Of a stretch of DNA of 31,530 bases, positions 1-8,062 are shown piece by piece. The notes under the pieces are model-generated. The model did no database searches. It had not been told where the DNA came from and saw only the letters and a program-made list of their open reading frames with translations. Location of the stretch: IMG/VR virus record IMGVR_UViG_3300031848_000023, positions 1 through 31,530 of that record; one strand, 5' to 3'. Within the stretch, counting starts at the first letter, position 1. The number at the start of each line of letters is the position of its first letter. The position numbers were made by a program, and so were the translations under genes. This stretch comes from a virus. Its lineage: Duplodnaviria; Caudoviricetes.

Positions 1-157
1 CGGAAAAGCCGCAGATATTAAAGTGGGAAGTGGCAATCAAAGATACATTATTATTAATGCCCTTATCCAAGCAGGATTCCGTAGGTTGGGAATTGCAAAG
101 ACTTTTATCCATTGCGACAATGATGACAGTAAACCCAATTCAGTTTGGACATACTAG
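1..157 (+). CDS. Endolysin, peptidase M15 family (5'-truncated)
   Basis: Frame 2 reads GKAADIKVGSGNQRYIIINALIQAGFRRLGIAKTFIHCDNDDSKPNSVWTY*. The AAD...FIHxD zinc-ligand pattern matches M15A peptidases; it lies directly before the holin. Confidence 0.8.
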   Translation, partial: GKAADIKVGSGNQRYIIINALIQAGFRRLGIAKTFIHCDNDDSKPNSVWTY

Positions 158-175
158 CACCGTAGGAAAGACACT

Positions 176-586
176 ATGGATAAGAAAAGATTCAAAGATA
201 CATCGGTAGGTAAATTTCTTTTAAATAAGATACCTAATGTAGTTAGTGCGATTGCAGAAAATACTCCAATAGGATCAGTAATACAGGCTATTATTGGTGG
301 ATCGGATATGTCTCATTCGGATAAACAAATTGCATTAAAAAAACTTGAAATAGAACGTACTGAAATAGATGGTACTACTAGAAGATGGGTAGCTGATTCC
401 AGAAGCGGATGGTTAGCTTCAAACGTAAGACCGTTGACATTAATATTCTTAGTTGTAAGTTATGTTGCCGGTTGGTATATGAGCTATCCTTTAGATTCAA
501 TTACTGGTCTTTTGACAATCGTTATCGGAGGATATTTTGGAGGTCGCTCAGTTGAGAAGGTGTTTGGAAACAATAAGCATCAATAA
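176..586 (+). CDS. Holin (3TM/GTA-holin-like)
   Basis: Motif D.RSGWLASNVRPLTL, then two hydrophobic helices and a GGYFGGRSVEK tail; follows the endolysin. Confidence 0.75.
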   Translation: MDKKRFKDTSVGKFLLNKIPNVVSAIAENTPIGSVIQAIIGGSDMSHSDKQIALKKLEIERTEIDGTTRRWVADSRSGWLASNVRPLTLIFLVVSYVAGWYMSYPLDSITGLLTIVIGGYFGGRSVEKVFGNNKHQ

Positions 587-720
587 TGGCAAAAGTACAA
601 ACTTCTGTATTTTATAGAAAAGCGAAGGTAAAGCGCAAAGGAATACATTCTAAATCCAAAAGCAGCTCTTTAAAATCTTCTAAGGTTTACGCAAAAGGGT
701 ATCGAGGTCAGGGACGCTAG
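586..720 (+). CDS. Small basic protein (44 aa), not in ORF track
   Basis: TAATG overlap with the holin stop. MAKVQTSVFYRKAKVKRKGIHSKSKSSSLKSSKVYAKGYRGQGR; a YRGQGR C-terminus recurs in small phage proteins. Confidence 0.65.
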   Translation: MAKVQTSVFYRKAKVKRKGIHSKSKSSSLKSSKVYAKGYRGQGR

Positions 721-853
721 ACATTCCTAAAGGCTATTTTAAGACGTTTTAAGCAACTTACTTATGTTTTTAGTATATTCGTATATACGATATATAAAAA
801 ATCTTTTAAACGAGCTATATATAATAAATGGTTATAATATATATATAGTTTAT

Positions 854-920
854 ATAATATAAATAGTAATATAATATAAATAATAATATAATATAAATAG
901 TAATATAATATAAATAATAT
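854..920. repeat. Four tandem 17-bp AT-rich units (ATAATATAAATA[G/A]TAAT); candidate replication origin
   Basis: Units at 854-870, 871-887, 888-904 and 905-920 (partial), with G/A alternating at one position; intergenic between lysis and early genes. Confidence 0.75.
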
Positions 921-927
921 ATATAAT

Positions 928-1182
928 ATGCAAATTGAAGAAAAAATAAAAAAAATACAAGGATATAAAACGTGGAGCTTAAAAAGAAAGGTTGACGAGT
1001 TGTTACAGATTGACGCATATATGTATACCAATCTAGGGATAGACTCTACTAATACTGAAAAGAAAAGTGTAAAAGCAATAAGCAGAAAAATTTATAAAGC
1101 AATTTCTACTATAAGTCCAATGGATGGTTATATCTTAGAATCTCATATGAATGAAAAGGACTTAAGAGATCTTGTAAAATAA
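928..1182 (+). CDS. Hypothetical protein
   Basis: 84-aa ORF whose stop overlaps the next start (TAATG). Confidence 0.7.
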   Translation: MQIEEKIKKIQGYKTWSLKRKVDELLQIDAYMYTNLGIDSTNTEKKSVKAISRKIYKAISTISPMDGYILESHMNEKDLRDLVK

Positions 1183-1571
1183 TGGCTGTTAAAAGCAGAA
1201 AAAATATTGTAAAAAAACTCGATACTGTATTTAGTCAATACGTACGTTTAAGGTACGCTGATGATTACATCGTAGAGTGTTACACTTGTGGAATAAAAAA
1301 CCATTATAAAAAAATGCATTGCGGACACTTTATGAGCAGAAAGCATTATTCTACGAGGTGGGATGAATTAAACTGTCAAGTCCAATGTTATAAATGTAAC
1401 ATTCACGGTTACGGTGAGCAATTCAGATTTGGGCAAAGATTAAACAAAGAATACGGTAATGATACGGCAGACATATTGGAATCGAAATGCCGAAATGTAG
1501 AGAAGTTTTCCAACCCGGAATTAATAGAAAAAACAAAATACTATGAAAGTTTAGCTAAAAAGCTTTTGTAA
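1182..1571 (+). CDS. ninG: NinG/Rap-like recombination endonuclease
   Basis: LDTVFSQYVRLR, CYTCG, HCGHFMSR, RWDELNCQVQCYKCN: the lambda NinG zinc/HNH-type pattern. Confidence 0.85.
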   Translation: MAVKSRKNIVKKLDTVFSQYVRLRYADDYIVECYTCGIKNHYKKMHCGHFMSRKHYSTRWDELNCQVQCYKCNIHGYGEQFRFGQRLNKEYGNDTADILESKCRNVEKFSNPELIEKTKYYESLAKKLL

Positions 1572-1583
1572 TGTAAAAAAGCA

Positions 1584-1591
1584 TATATTTG
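1584..1591 (+). promoter_or_regulatory. Bacteroidota -7 promoter box TATATTTG
   Basis: Exact TAnnTTTG consensus just after the ninG stop. The nearest TTTG (1565-1568) has a shorter-than-usual spacer. Confidence 0.5.
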
Positions 1592-1635
1592 TAGAACTTA
1601 GTTTCATACTTAGTTTTTAGTTATATTAGCAGAGG

Positions 1636-1666
1636 AAAGGGGGTTTTAGTCGAACCTCCTTTTTTT
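1636..1666 (+). terminator. Intrinsic terminator
   Basis: GGGGGTT-loop-AACCTCC stem with one G-U pair, followed by a T run. Confidence 0.75.
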
Positions 1667-1712
1667 GTATCATATTTTTTATATCTTTACGAAATAACTT
1701 TAAAATAAAACT

Positions 1713-2138
1713 ATGAAAGGAACGATTAAAAACGTGGACGTAATTGGCGGATTTAGTGACTTGGTTACTAATGAAGTAGAATTTAAACACGGCGAGAAAC
1801 TCAAATTTTTTACTAAGAAAACTCCTAAAAATCCGGAAGGTAATTTTGCTATTGCTTTAGGGATTACTAATGAGGAAGTAGTGGGACATACTTTTGAGTA
1901 TGAAGTATCAGATAAGGGAAACGGTAAGATTTATAGAGAGCCGTACAACCCAGTTGCAAAAAAACCTTCTTTTGGGGGATCTACTGCAAATAGAGGAGCT
2001 AGTACTAATGACAGTATTTTGCTTCAAGTATGCTATAAAGAGAATATGGCTGCTTATGCTAAAGAAAATAGAGATGTAGTAATAGAAAACACTATGGAAG
2101 ATTTTCAAAAATTAAGAGAATATTTAAAACAATTGTAA
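1713..2138 (+). CDS. Hypothetical protein, possibly ssDNA-binding/recombination
   Basis: Beta-rich N-terminus, flexible linker and helical C-terminus; located in the replication block. Confidence 0.6.
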   Translation: MKGTIKNVDVIGGFSDLVTNEVEFKHGEKLKFFTKKTPKNPEGNFAIALGITNEEVVGHTFEYEVSDKGNGKIYREPYNPVAKKPSFGGSTANRGASTNDSILLQVCYKENMAAYAKENRDVVIENTMEDFQKLREYLKQL

Positions 2139-2139
2139 T

Positions 2140-2448
2140 ATGAGTGATTATCAAAGTGAATACACAAAAGGATTTTATCCTAAAGCCGGAAAGTTTGAAT
2201 GGCTAACTGCTGAGATACCTTGCAAAGTAAGTCAAGCTATCGAGTATCTTTTAAGTATTAAAGATGAAGCGGAGGCGCACAATAACGGTTATGCTAACTT
2301 TCAAATAAAAGCTTCTAAGGATAAGAAAGATGAGAACGGAAAGCCTAAGTTGTTTATGACTAGGAACTTTAAAACTCCCGGAGGCGAAGTAACTGCAAAA
2401 GAGCTTATGCCGGATCGAGCTGAAGCAAATACTGATTTGCCGTTTTAA
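2140..2448 (+). CDS. Putative single-stranded DNA-binding protein
   Basis: 102 aa with an SSB-type C-terminal tip (NTDLPF); adjacent to the helicase. Confidence 0.55.
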   Translation: MSDYQSEYTKGFYPKAGKFEWLTAEIPCKVSQAIEYLLSIKDEAEAHNNGYANFQIKASKDKKDENGKPKLFMTRNFKTPGGEVTAKELMPDRAEANTDLPF

Positions 2449-2456
2449 ACCACAAT

Positions 2457-2482
2457 AGGGAGCGTAAAACCTCCCTTTTTTT
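2457..2482 (+). terminator. Intrinsic terminator
   Basis: AGGGAG-cgtaaaac-CTCCCT followed by a T run. Confidence 0.7.
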
Positions 2483-2495
2483 ATATATTTATATT

Positions 2496-3407
2496 ATGCT
2501 AATAGAATATAACGATGAACTAAAGTACCTTTCTAAGATCCGAAGCGGTGAAATAAAATCCGGAACGTCTCTAGGAATTCCAGAACTCGATGAGTATCTA
2601 AGATTTAAACCCGGTAACTTCAATATTATTTTAGGACACGCAAATGTTGGTAAAACTTCAGTTGCGCTATACTTAATGCTATTGTATAGTCGATTACACA
2701 ACAAACGTTGGTTGGTTTATTCTAGCGAGAATGAGCCATACACTTTGATCCGAAGGTTAATGGAATTTATGGAGGGATTACCGATACAAAAAATATCGGA
2801 TGCCGGATATAAAAGAAGTAGTGAGTGGATTAATAGTCATTTTAAGTTTGTTGACACATCAAAAATGTACACTTATAAAGAACTCTTAGAGCTTTCTACT
2901 TATGTAAAAGATGCTTGGGATTATGACGGCTTATTTATAGATCCTTATAATTCTTTAAAGATGGATTTTAATTTATTGAAACAAGTAGGTGGACATCAAT
3001 ACGATTACCACGCTTGTACTGAAATACGAATCTTTTGCAAAAAGTATAAAATATCTGTATGGCTGAATACACACGCTAATACCGGAGCCTTAAGACAAGT
3101 TCACAAATACGATGACGATTATACTGGACACCCTATGCCACCTATGGCTAGTGATGTCGAGGGAGGGGGTAAGTTTGTGAATAGAGCTGACGATTTTTGG
3201 GTTATACATCGATACACTCAACATCCTACTGACTATATGTACACTAATCTTCACGTTCGAAAAGTTAAAGAGATTGAGACAGGAGGACGCCCTACACCTT
3301 TAAGAGAGCCTATACTAATGAAGTCTATGCTTAATAACGTAGGGTTCACCATAGGGGACAAAGACCTCTTAGAAGCCGTTAAAACACCCGAAGACTTACC
3401 ATTTTAA
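2496..3407 (+). CDS. dnaB: DnaB-like (SF4) helicase, motor domain only
   Basis: GIPELDEYLRFKPG, Walker A GHANVGKT, YSSE, Walker B LFIDPYN and NRADD motifs. Confidence 0.8.
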   Translation: MLIEYNDELKYLSKIRSGEIKSGTSLGIPELDEYLRFKPGNFNIILGHANVGKTSVALYLMLLYSRLHNKRWLVYSSENEPYTLIRRLMEFMEGLPIQKISDAGYKRSSEWINSHFKFVDTSKMYTYKELLELSTYVKDAWDYDGLFIDPYNSLKMDFNLLKQVGGHQYDYHACTEIRIFCKKYKISVWLNTHANTGALRQVHKYDDDYTGHPMPPMASDVEGGGKFVNRADDFWVIHRYTQHPTDYMYTNLHVRKVKEIETGGRPTPLREPILMKSMLNNVGFTIGDKDLLEAVKTPEDLPF

Positions 3408-3437
3408 TAAAAATGCGTATATTAGTACAAAAAAGAA

Positions 3438-3608
3438 ATGGGATTTGATTTTCAAATTGTTCCTATTTATGGAATTTCTGCAGGAATATTGTACTACAAT
3501 CCGAATTTAGAACCAGATGAAGATCCGGTTGAAGAGGAGGATTATTATCACCAATTAACTATTATGTTTTTTCTTTTTGGTATTCACATAACTTGGTGGA
3601 AACTTTGA
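3438..3608 (+). CDS. Hypothetical protein (56 aa), not in ORF track
   Basis: MGFDFQIVPIYGISAGILYYNPNLEPDEDPVEEEDYYHQLTIMFFLFGIHITWWKL; A-rich leader, TATATTAG box at 3418-3425. Confidence 0.65.
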   Translation: MGFDFQIVPIYGISAGILYYNPNLEPDEDPVEEEDYYHQLTIMFFLFGIHITWWKL

Positions 3609-4159
3609 AAAAAACTACCCTACACTTATTGGCTGAAATGCACCAAGATTGGATACGAATTGTAAAGAGTTTTGGTTGCAATAATGACACATCGGAAGAT
3701 CTAGTCCAAGAAATGTACTTAAAAATTAATGCTCTTATATCCAGAGGAGGAAACATTATGTATAATGAAACAGAAATAAATCATTATTATATATTCAGAA
3801 CCTTACGTACAATGTATATCGATCTTACTCGAAAAGAAAACAAAGTAACAATATTGCCTCTTGAAAGAAACGATCTTTTTGACAAAGCAAATTACGAAAG
3901 ATACATAGCAAAATTTACATTCCAAAATCCTTATGATGAAGCGGATGATATTGACGGGTTGTATGAAGAAATGCAAGTATTTTTAAACGATCTATATTGG
4001 TACGATAAAAAAATTTATCAATACATAGAAGGAGGAGAGTCTGTAAAAAGCCTTTCTGATAAAACAAAAATAAGTTATTACTCGATTTATAATACATACC
4101 GAAAAGTAAAGAAAGATTTGTATTCTTTGTTGAGAACAAAAATAAAATTAAGCAAATGA
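3593..4159 (+). CDS. ECF-like RNA polymerase sigma factor
   Basis: Region-2-like SEDLVQEMYLK and YIFRTLRTMYID; C-terminal region-4-like HTH (SVKSLSDKTKISYYSIYNTYRKVK). True start may be TTG at 3605. Confidence 0.75.
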   Translation: MVETLKKTTLHLLAEMHQDWIRIVKSFGCNNDTSEDLVQEMYLKINALISRGGNIMYNETEINHYYIFRTLRTMYIDLTRKENKVTILPLERNDLFDKANYERYIAKFTFQNPYDEADDIDGLYEEMQVFLNDLYWYDKKIYQYIEGGESVKSLSDKTKISYYSIYNTYRKVKKDLYSLLRTKIKLSK

Positions 4160-4311
4160 AATTAGGAGATTTTTTAGCAGTAATTTTTAAATATACAGGA
4201 ATTAAATGGCTTGTAAATAAAGTCGTTATTGACATATTAAAATACAAAAGCTGCGGTTGTAAAGAGCGTCAAGATAAATTAAACGATATAAAAATTGATT
4301 TATGGAATTAA
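4156..4311 (+). CDS. Small CGC-motif protein (51 aa), not in ORF track
   Basis: ATGA overlap with the sigma stop; MKLGDFLAVIFKYTGIKWLVNKVVIDILKYKSCGCKERQDKLNDIKIDLWN. Confidence 0.7.
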   Translation: MKLGDFLAVIFKYTGIKWLVNKVVIDILKYKSCGCKERQDKLNDIKIDLWN

Positions 4312-4499
4312 GAGATTACAATTGGTGGAAATACTTTAAAGAAAATAATAAAGATTCCCTAAAGTCTTTAGATTTTAAAAAAATATGTCATTTACATTCA
4401 AAGTATAATAAGCATAGTTATTTTGAGCCTTGCACTTGTAACCCGGCTACAATTAAACAATGGATAAAAGACCTTGATAATCTTTTCTTATCTGTATGA
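4302..4499 (+). CDS. Hypothetical protein with PCTC motif
   Basis: 65 aa, overlapping both neighbours. Confidence 0.7.
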   Translation: MELRDYNWWKYFKENNKDSLKSLDFKKICHLHSKYNKHSYFEPCTCNPATIKQWIKDLDNLFLSV

Positions 4500-4924
4500 A
4501 ATTAAAGCACGTACACAAATGGGAGAAAGCTGTCATACAATTATTGAATTTTGATGGTTGGGATTTAGAATGGTGTGGAGGAGGCTTTGAGCATTATGAT
4601 GCTGTAGGAGGAACTCCAAAAGGAAAGGAATGCGTAATTGAAATGAAGTTTAGGCAATCTTATTATCAAACAAAAATGCTTGAAAAATACAAATTTGATA
4701 AGCTAATGGATATGCCACACGATTTAGTAAAATTGTATTTCATAAACGATCCAAAGGGTAATTATCTTTTTTACCTAAATGACATCGTAATGCCGGAAAC
4801 AGAACTTAAGTATTGCCCGGACACAACTATATGGACAAAACACAAGAAAGATAAAGAAGTCTATTTACTTGATGAAAGTCAAGCAATTATTGTAAACATT
4901 AACGATCCTAAAAGTAATTATTAA
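4496..4924 (+). CDS. Putative PD-(D/E)xK nuclease
   Basis: YDA...VIEMKFR catalytic pattern. Confidence 0.6.
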   Translation: MKLKHVHKWEKAVIQLLNFDGWDLEWCGGGFEHYDAVGGTPKGKECVIEMKFRQSYYQTKMLEKYKFDKLMDMPHDLVKLYFINDPKGNYLFYLNDIVMPETELKYCPDTTIWTKHKKDKEVYLLDESQAIIVNINDPKSNY

Positions 4925-4963
4925 GAAATTTTGTTAATAACGTCTTTTTAACTATCTTAGCTT
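4918..4963 (+). promoter_or_regulatory. Promoter with palindromic operator (copy 1)
   Basis: TTATTAA-N9-TTAATAA-N12-TATCTTAG. TTTG at 4930-4933 sits 19 nt upstream of the -7 box. Same architecture as 12750-12795. Confidence 0.7.
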
Positions 4964-4965
4964 AT

Positions 4966-5289
4966 ATGATAGATAATACGACTAATAAAATTAATCTTAA
5001 GGCGTATGTTGACTATTGTAGCAGTTTTGATCTCGTACACGATTTATTGCAAAAAGCTAATAAAGATAAGCCGACTGACAAACTATCTGCTATGATATCT
5101 GCTATGCGTAAAATAGCTCTTTATGTTAATCACTTAGACGGTAATATTTCAAAAGTTTATGCTATAGCTGAGGAATATAAAGAGGATAAAATTCGTGCAG
5201 TATTACGAGCGAGAAAATCTGAGGATGAGCTGCAGTCTTTGGAAGAAGAAAATTTAATGCTAACTGATAAATTTAAACTAAAATTATGA
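4966..5289 (+). CDS. Hypothetical protein, C-terminal coiled coil
   Basis: 107 aa, starting 5 nt after the -7 box. Confidence 0.7.
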   Translation: MIDNTTNKINLKAYVDYCSSFDLVHDLLQKANKDKPTDKLSAMISAMRKIALYVNHLDGNISKVYAIAEEYKEDKIRAVLRARKSEDELQSLEEENLMLTDKFKLKL

Positions 5290-5678
5290 CTGAAAATAAA
5301 AAGTATAACGGATACACAAATTACGCTACTTGGCGGATCAACCTAGAAATGATTTCTGATCAACAATTTCATTTAGATGAATTATATATTCCTTTATTTA
5401 AAAAAGGTGATACCTATAAATTAGCCGGAGAGCTTGAAGAATTTGTATTGGAATATTTACTCGATCAAGGAGGAGAAACTTTAACCTATAATTATGCTTG
5501 TGCTTTTGTTGCGGAAGTTAATTTCTACGAAATAGCTGAGCATATTATCCACGATTACGAATTGGCTCATTGTGGGAATTGTAATGATCAATTAAATTAC
5601 GATACCTCGTATGACGGATATTGTTCTAAAGAATGCGCTAATGAAAATGAAGTATTATTAACACACGATAAAGGATAA
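5286..5678 (+). CDS. Hypothetical protein with YNGYTNYATW motif and C-terminal zinc finger
   Basis: Recurrent phage N-terminal motif plus CGNC...YCSKEC. Confidence 0.75.
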   Translation: MTENKKYNGYTNYATWRINLEMISDQQFHLDELYIPLFKKGDTYKLAGELEEFVLEYLLDQGGETLTYNYACAFVAEVNFYEIAEHIIHDYELAHCGNCNDQLNYDTSYDGYCSKECANENEVLLTHDKG

Positions 5679-5827
5679 TGGATAATGTTTGTAGTTGCTG
5701 TAATAAAAAAAACCAAAGAGATAATTTTCTTTGTGAGTATTGCGGTTTTTATATGGATATGACTTTAGCCTTAGATGAATATTTTAATTTACCAATAATA
5801 ACTAATAAAGATGAGCAAATTAATTAA
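5678..5827 (+). CDS. Small zinc-ribbon protein (49 aa), not in ORF track
   Basis: TAATG overlap; MDNVCSCCNKKNQRDNFLCEYCGFYMD... Confidence 0.6.
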   Translation: MDNVCSCCNKKNQRDNFLCEYCGFYMDMTLALDEYFNLPIITNKDEQIN

Positions 5828-6107
5828 TGATAGGATCCTAGACCTCTATGCAGATATGTCATTAAAGGATAAAGAGTTTATGCTGCACCTTATGAGGAAT
5901 GATATATTTGTCCCGGTAGAAATTGACTATATGGATGGCGGAAAAACTGTATACCATTTTATGAATTTAGATCGAGAAATGCCTTTTACTTTTAACGGTG
6001 CTTCAATTCAAATTAACTTAGATGGTGCTGTAAAAATTAACCGGGAAGATGTAACTGAAGCTATAGAGAATAAACTTAAAAAAGCAAAGGATGGTAATAA
6101 TAAGTGA
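5811..6107 (+). CDS. Hypothetical protein
   Basis: 98-aa ORF within a coupled operon. Confidence 0.65.
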   Translation: MSKLINDRILDLYADMSLKDKEFMLHLMRNDIFVPVEIDYMDGGKTVYHFMNLDREMPFTFNGASIQINLDGAVKINREDVTEAIENKLKKAKDGNNK

Positions 6108-6228
6108 TTGCTGCCATTCGGAATTACTCCCTACGGAAACTTACATCTGTGGGGAATGCTTTATGCTTTGTGAACCTAAAGGTCTTTATATCGACAAAAA
6201 CGGAAACCCCTTAAAAATAGATTTATGA
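6091..6228 (+). CDS. Small Cys-rich protein (45 aa), not in ORF track
   Basis: MVIISDCCHSELLPTETYICGECFMLCEPKGLYIDKNGNPLKIDL; ATGA overlap with the exonuclease. Confidence 0.65.
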   Translation: MVIISDCCHSELLPTETYICGECFMLCEPKGLYIDKNGNPLKIDL

Positions 6229-6938
6229 TTTTACTTGTAGATGCTGACTCTATGATATTTGCAAGTTGTTACCGGAGGAAAGAACACCCAGATGATAATC
6301 CTTTCTATGAAAACTTAGCGGATGCTATTCATAAATTTGATGAAACATATCAAAAGATCGTAAATGATATTGAAGAGCTTTACGTTGTAGACTCTGTATT
6401 AACTTTTAACGGTAGCAGAGGGAACTTTAGAAAGCACTTGACTAAGAAGTATAAGGCAAATAGAATAAGTCAACCTAAGCCTCCCCTATTAAGTCAAATG
6501 CATAAGTATTGTACTGACACTTATGAGGGCATTAACGGATCCGGAGTAGAAACTGACGATTTAGTTGCAACTTATTGGCATAAAATTGCAAGAGATTCGG
6601 GAAGAGATAGTGTGATGATAGTTTCTATTGATAAAGATTACAAGCAATTTCCTGCTTTAATATACAATTACGGGTTTAAACATAGATGCGTTTATGATAT
6701 ATCTGAAGAGGAAGCTAGATATAATTTTTATGAACAAATGATAGCCGGAGATACTGCAGACAATGTAAATTACTTTAAAGGTAAAGGAGTAGCCTTTTCA
6801 AAAAAATACTATGAAGGATGCGTTACTGAATACCAATACCGAAGAAAGCTATTTCAATTATTTAAGAGCCAATATAAAAGTAAGGCACGAGAGAAGTATA
6901 TACAATGTTACAGTTTGTTAAAATTAAAAATATTATGA
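6225..6938 (+). CDS. 5'-3' exonuclease / flap nuclease (T7 gp6/T5 D15-like)
   Basis: VDADS, NFRKHL...YKANR, ETDD, SIDKD and GDTADN motifs. Confidence 0.88.
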   Translation: MILLVDADSMIFASCYRRKEHPDDNPFYENLADAIHKFDETYQKIVNDIEELYVVDSVLTFNGSRGNFRKHLTKKYKANRISQPKPPLLSQMHKYCTDTYEGINGSGVETDDLVATYWHKIARDSGRDSVMIVSIDKDYKQFPALIYNYGFKHRCVYDISEEEARYNFYEQMIAGDTADNVNYFKGKGVAFSKKYYEGCVTEYQYRRKLFQLFKSQYKSKAREKYIQCYSLLKLKIL

Positions 6939-7075
6939 AACCAATTTATAGTAAAATTATTCACAAAAACGGAAGGATAGAATGGATATTAACGGAACAA
7001 CAACACAACCATAAAATAAAAGAATATGAAAAAAAACAGAATAAAAAAAATAGTGATGGAACAAGTCGGAGTTGA
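6935..7075 (+). CDS. Possible small protein (46 aa)
   Basis: ATGA overlap with the exonuclease stop; MKPIYSKIIHKNGRIEWILTEQ...; fills the gap but overlaps the next ORF by 50 nt. Confidence 0.35.
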   Translation: MKPIYSKIIHKNGRIEWILTEQQHNHKIKEYEKKQNKKNSDGTSRS

Positions 7076-7472
7076 TTTATCATTAAAGACTCGAAGGAGA
7101 ACCTACATAGATGCTAGGGCAATGTATTATTCTATGTGCAAAAAATATGCGACTGATGATAGCAGCTTAACCTCTATTGGGAAAACTGTTGAAAAGGATC
7201 ACGCAACTGTTTTATACGGATTAAAGCTTGACGCTGCATTACAAGAAACAAATAGAGATTATAGATATCATTGGCAAACAATAAATAATTTATGTAAAAA
7301 AGAACACTTAAGTGAAATGCGATTTAAAGATTCAGATAATGCTTATGCTAGAATAACTCACCTTGAGTATGAGCTAAAAAGAATATTAGATTTATATAAA
7401 GAATTAAAAAAAGAGTACGCTGTCTTAAAAAGAAAAACCTCAAACGCAGAAAGTTTAAAAAAGATAATATGA
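7026..7472 (+). CDS. DnaA domain-IV-like HTH DNA-binding protein
   Basis: ARAMYY...SLTSIGKTVEKDHATVLYG resembles DnaA's SLxxIGxxFxxRDHTTV; coiled-coil C-terminus, no AAA+ domain. Confidence 0.75.
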   Translation: MKKNRIKKIVMEQVGVDLSLKTRRRTYIDARAMYYSMCKKYATDDSSLTSIGKTVEKDHATVLYGLKLDAALQETNRDYRYHWQTINNLCKKEHLSEMRFKDSDNAYARITHLEYELKRILDLYKELKKEYAVLKRKTSNAESLKKII

Positions 7473-8059
7473 AAAAAAATATAAAATTTATAATGATGAC
7501 TTGTGATGGAAGAGAAGAGTACAGTAGTTATTTAAAAGAAAGGATTCCTAATTTAATAACAAGTTATGATAATTTTACAGATGCAGGTAAATTTAAAAAC
7601 ACTTCTTACAAAAATGCACAACAAGCTTGGAAATTAGCGGAAGATCATCCTTGCGTACAATTAGAAGATGACATATTATTGTGTGATGACTTTTTAAATA
7701 AAATAAATAAAGCCATAAACGAAAGACCAAATAATGTGATTCAATTTTTTAGTATGCGAAAAAAAGATTTAACAGAAGGAAGTCGTTATGAACTGGGATC
7801 TAATTTTTTAATGCATCAATGCTATTATCTTCCCAAAGGAATGTCTAAAAAAATATATAATTATAGTTTTAAATTTGAGGATTCTTGCCAACAAAATGAG
7901 CATATAAGTCCGAATGATTTAGTTACTCGATATTATTTTAAAGAAAATAAAATAAAATATTGGTTGCACGTTCCCAGTTTGGTAGATCATAGGATAGCCA
8001 AATCCGCAATAGATCCAAGAAGGAGTAGTAAAAGACAAAGTTTCACTTTTAAAAAATAA
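7469..8059 (+). CDS. Putative GT-A fold glycosyltransferase (GT25-like)
   Basis: N-terminal beta strand + R, CVQLEDDILL acidic motif, C-terminal HVPSLVDH. Confidence 0.6.
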   Translation: MKKNIKFIMMTCDGREEYSSYLKERIPNLITSYDNFTDAGKFKNTSYKNAQQAWKLAEDHPCVQLEDDILLCDDFLNKINKAINERPNNVIQFFSMRKKDLTEGSRYELGSNFLMHQCYYLPKGMSKKIYNYSFKFEDSCQQNEHISPNDLVTRYYFKENKIKYWLHVPSLVDHRIAKSAIDPRRSSKRQSFTFKK

Positions 8060-8062
8060 ATT

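Noticed and set aside
854-920. Possible CRISPR array
   Set aside because: The units are directly adjacent with no spacers, and there are no cas genes.
762-1031. Minus-strand Ile/Tyr/Leu-rich ORFs (762-1031, 815-1018)
   Set aside because: They are translations of the AT tandem repeat, low-complexity, and overlap a better + strand gene.
5545-5553. TTATCCACG, a near DnaA box
   Set aside because: A single 8/9 match inside a CDS, with no cluster.
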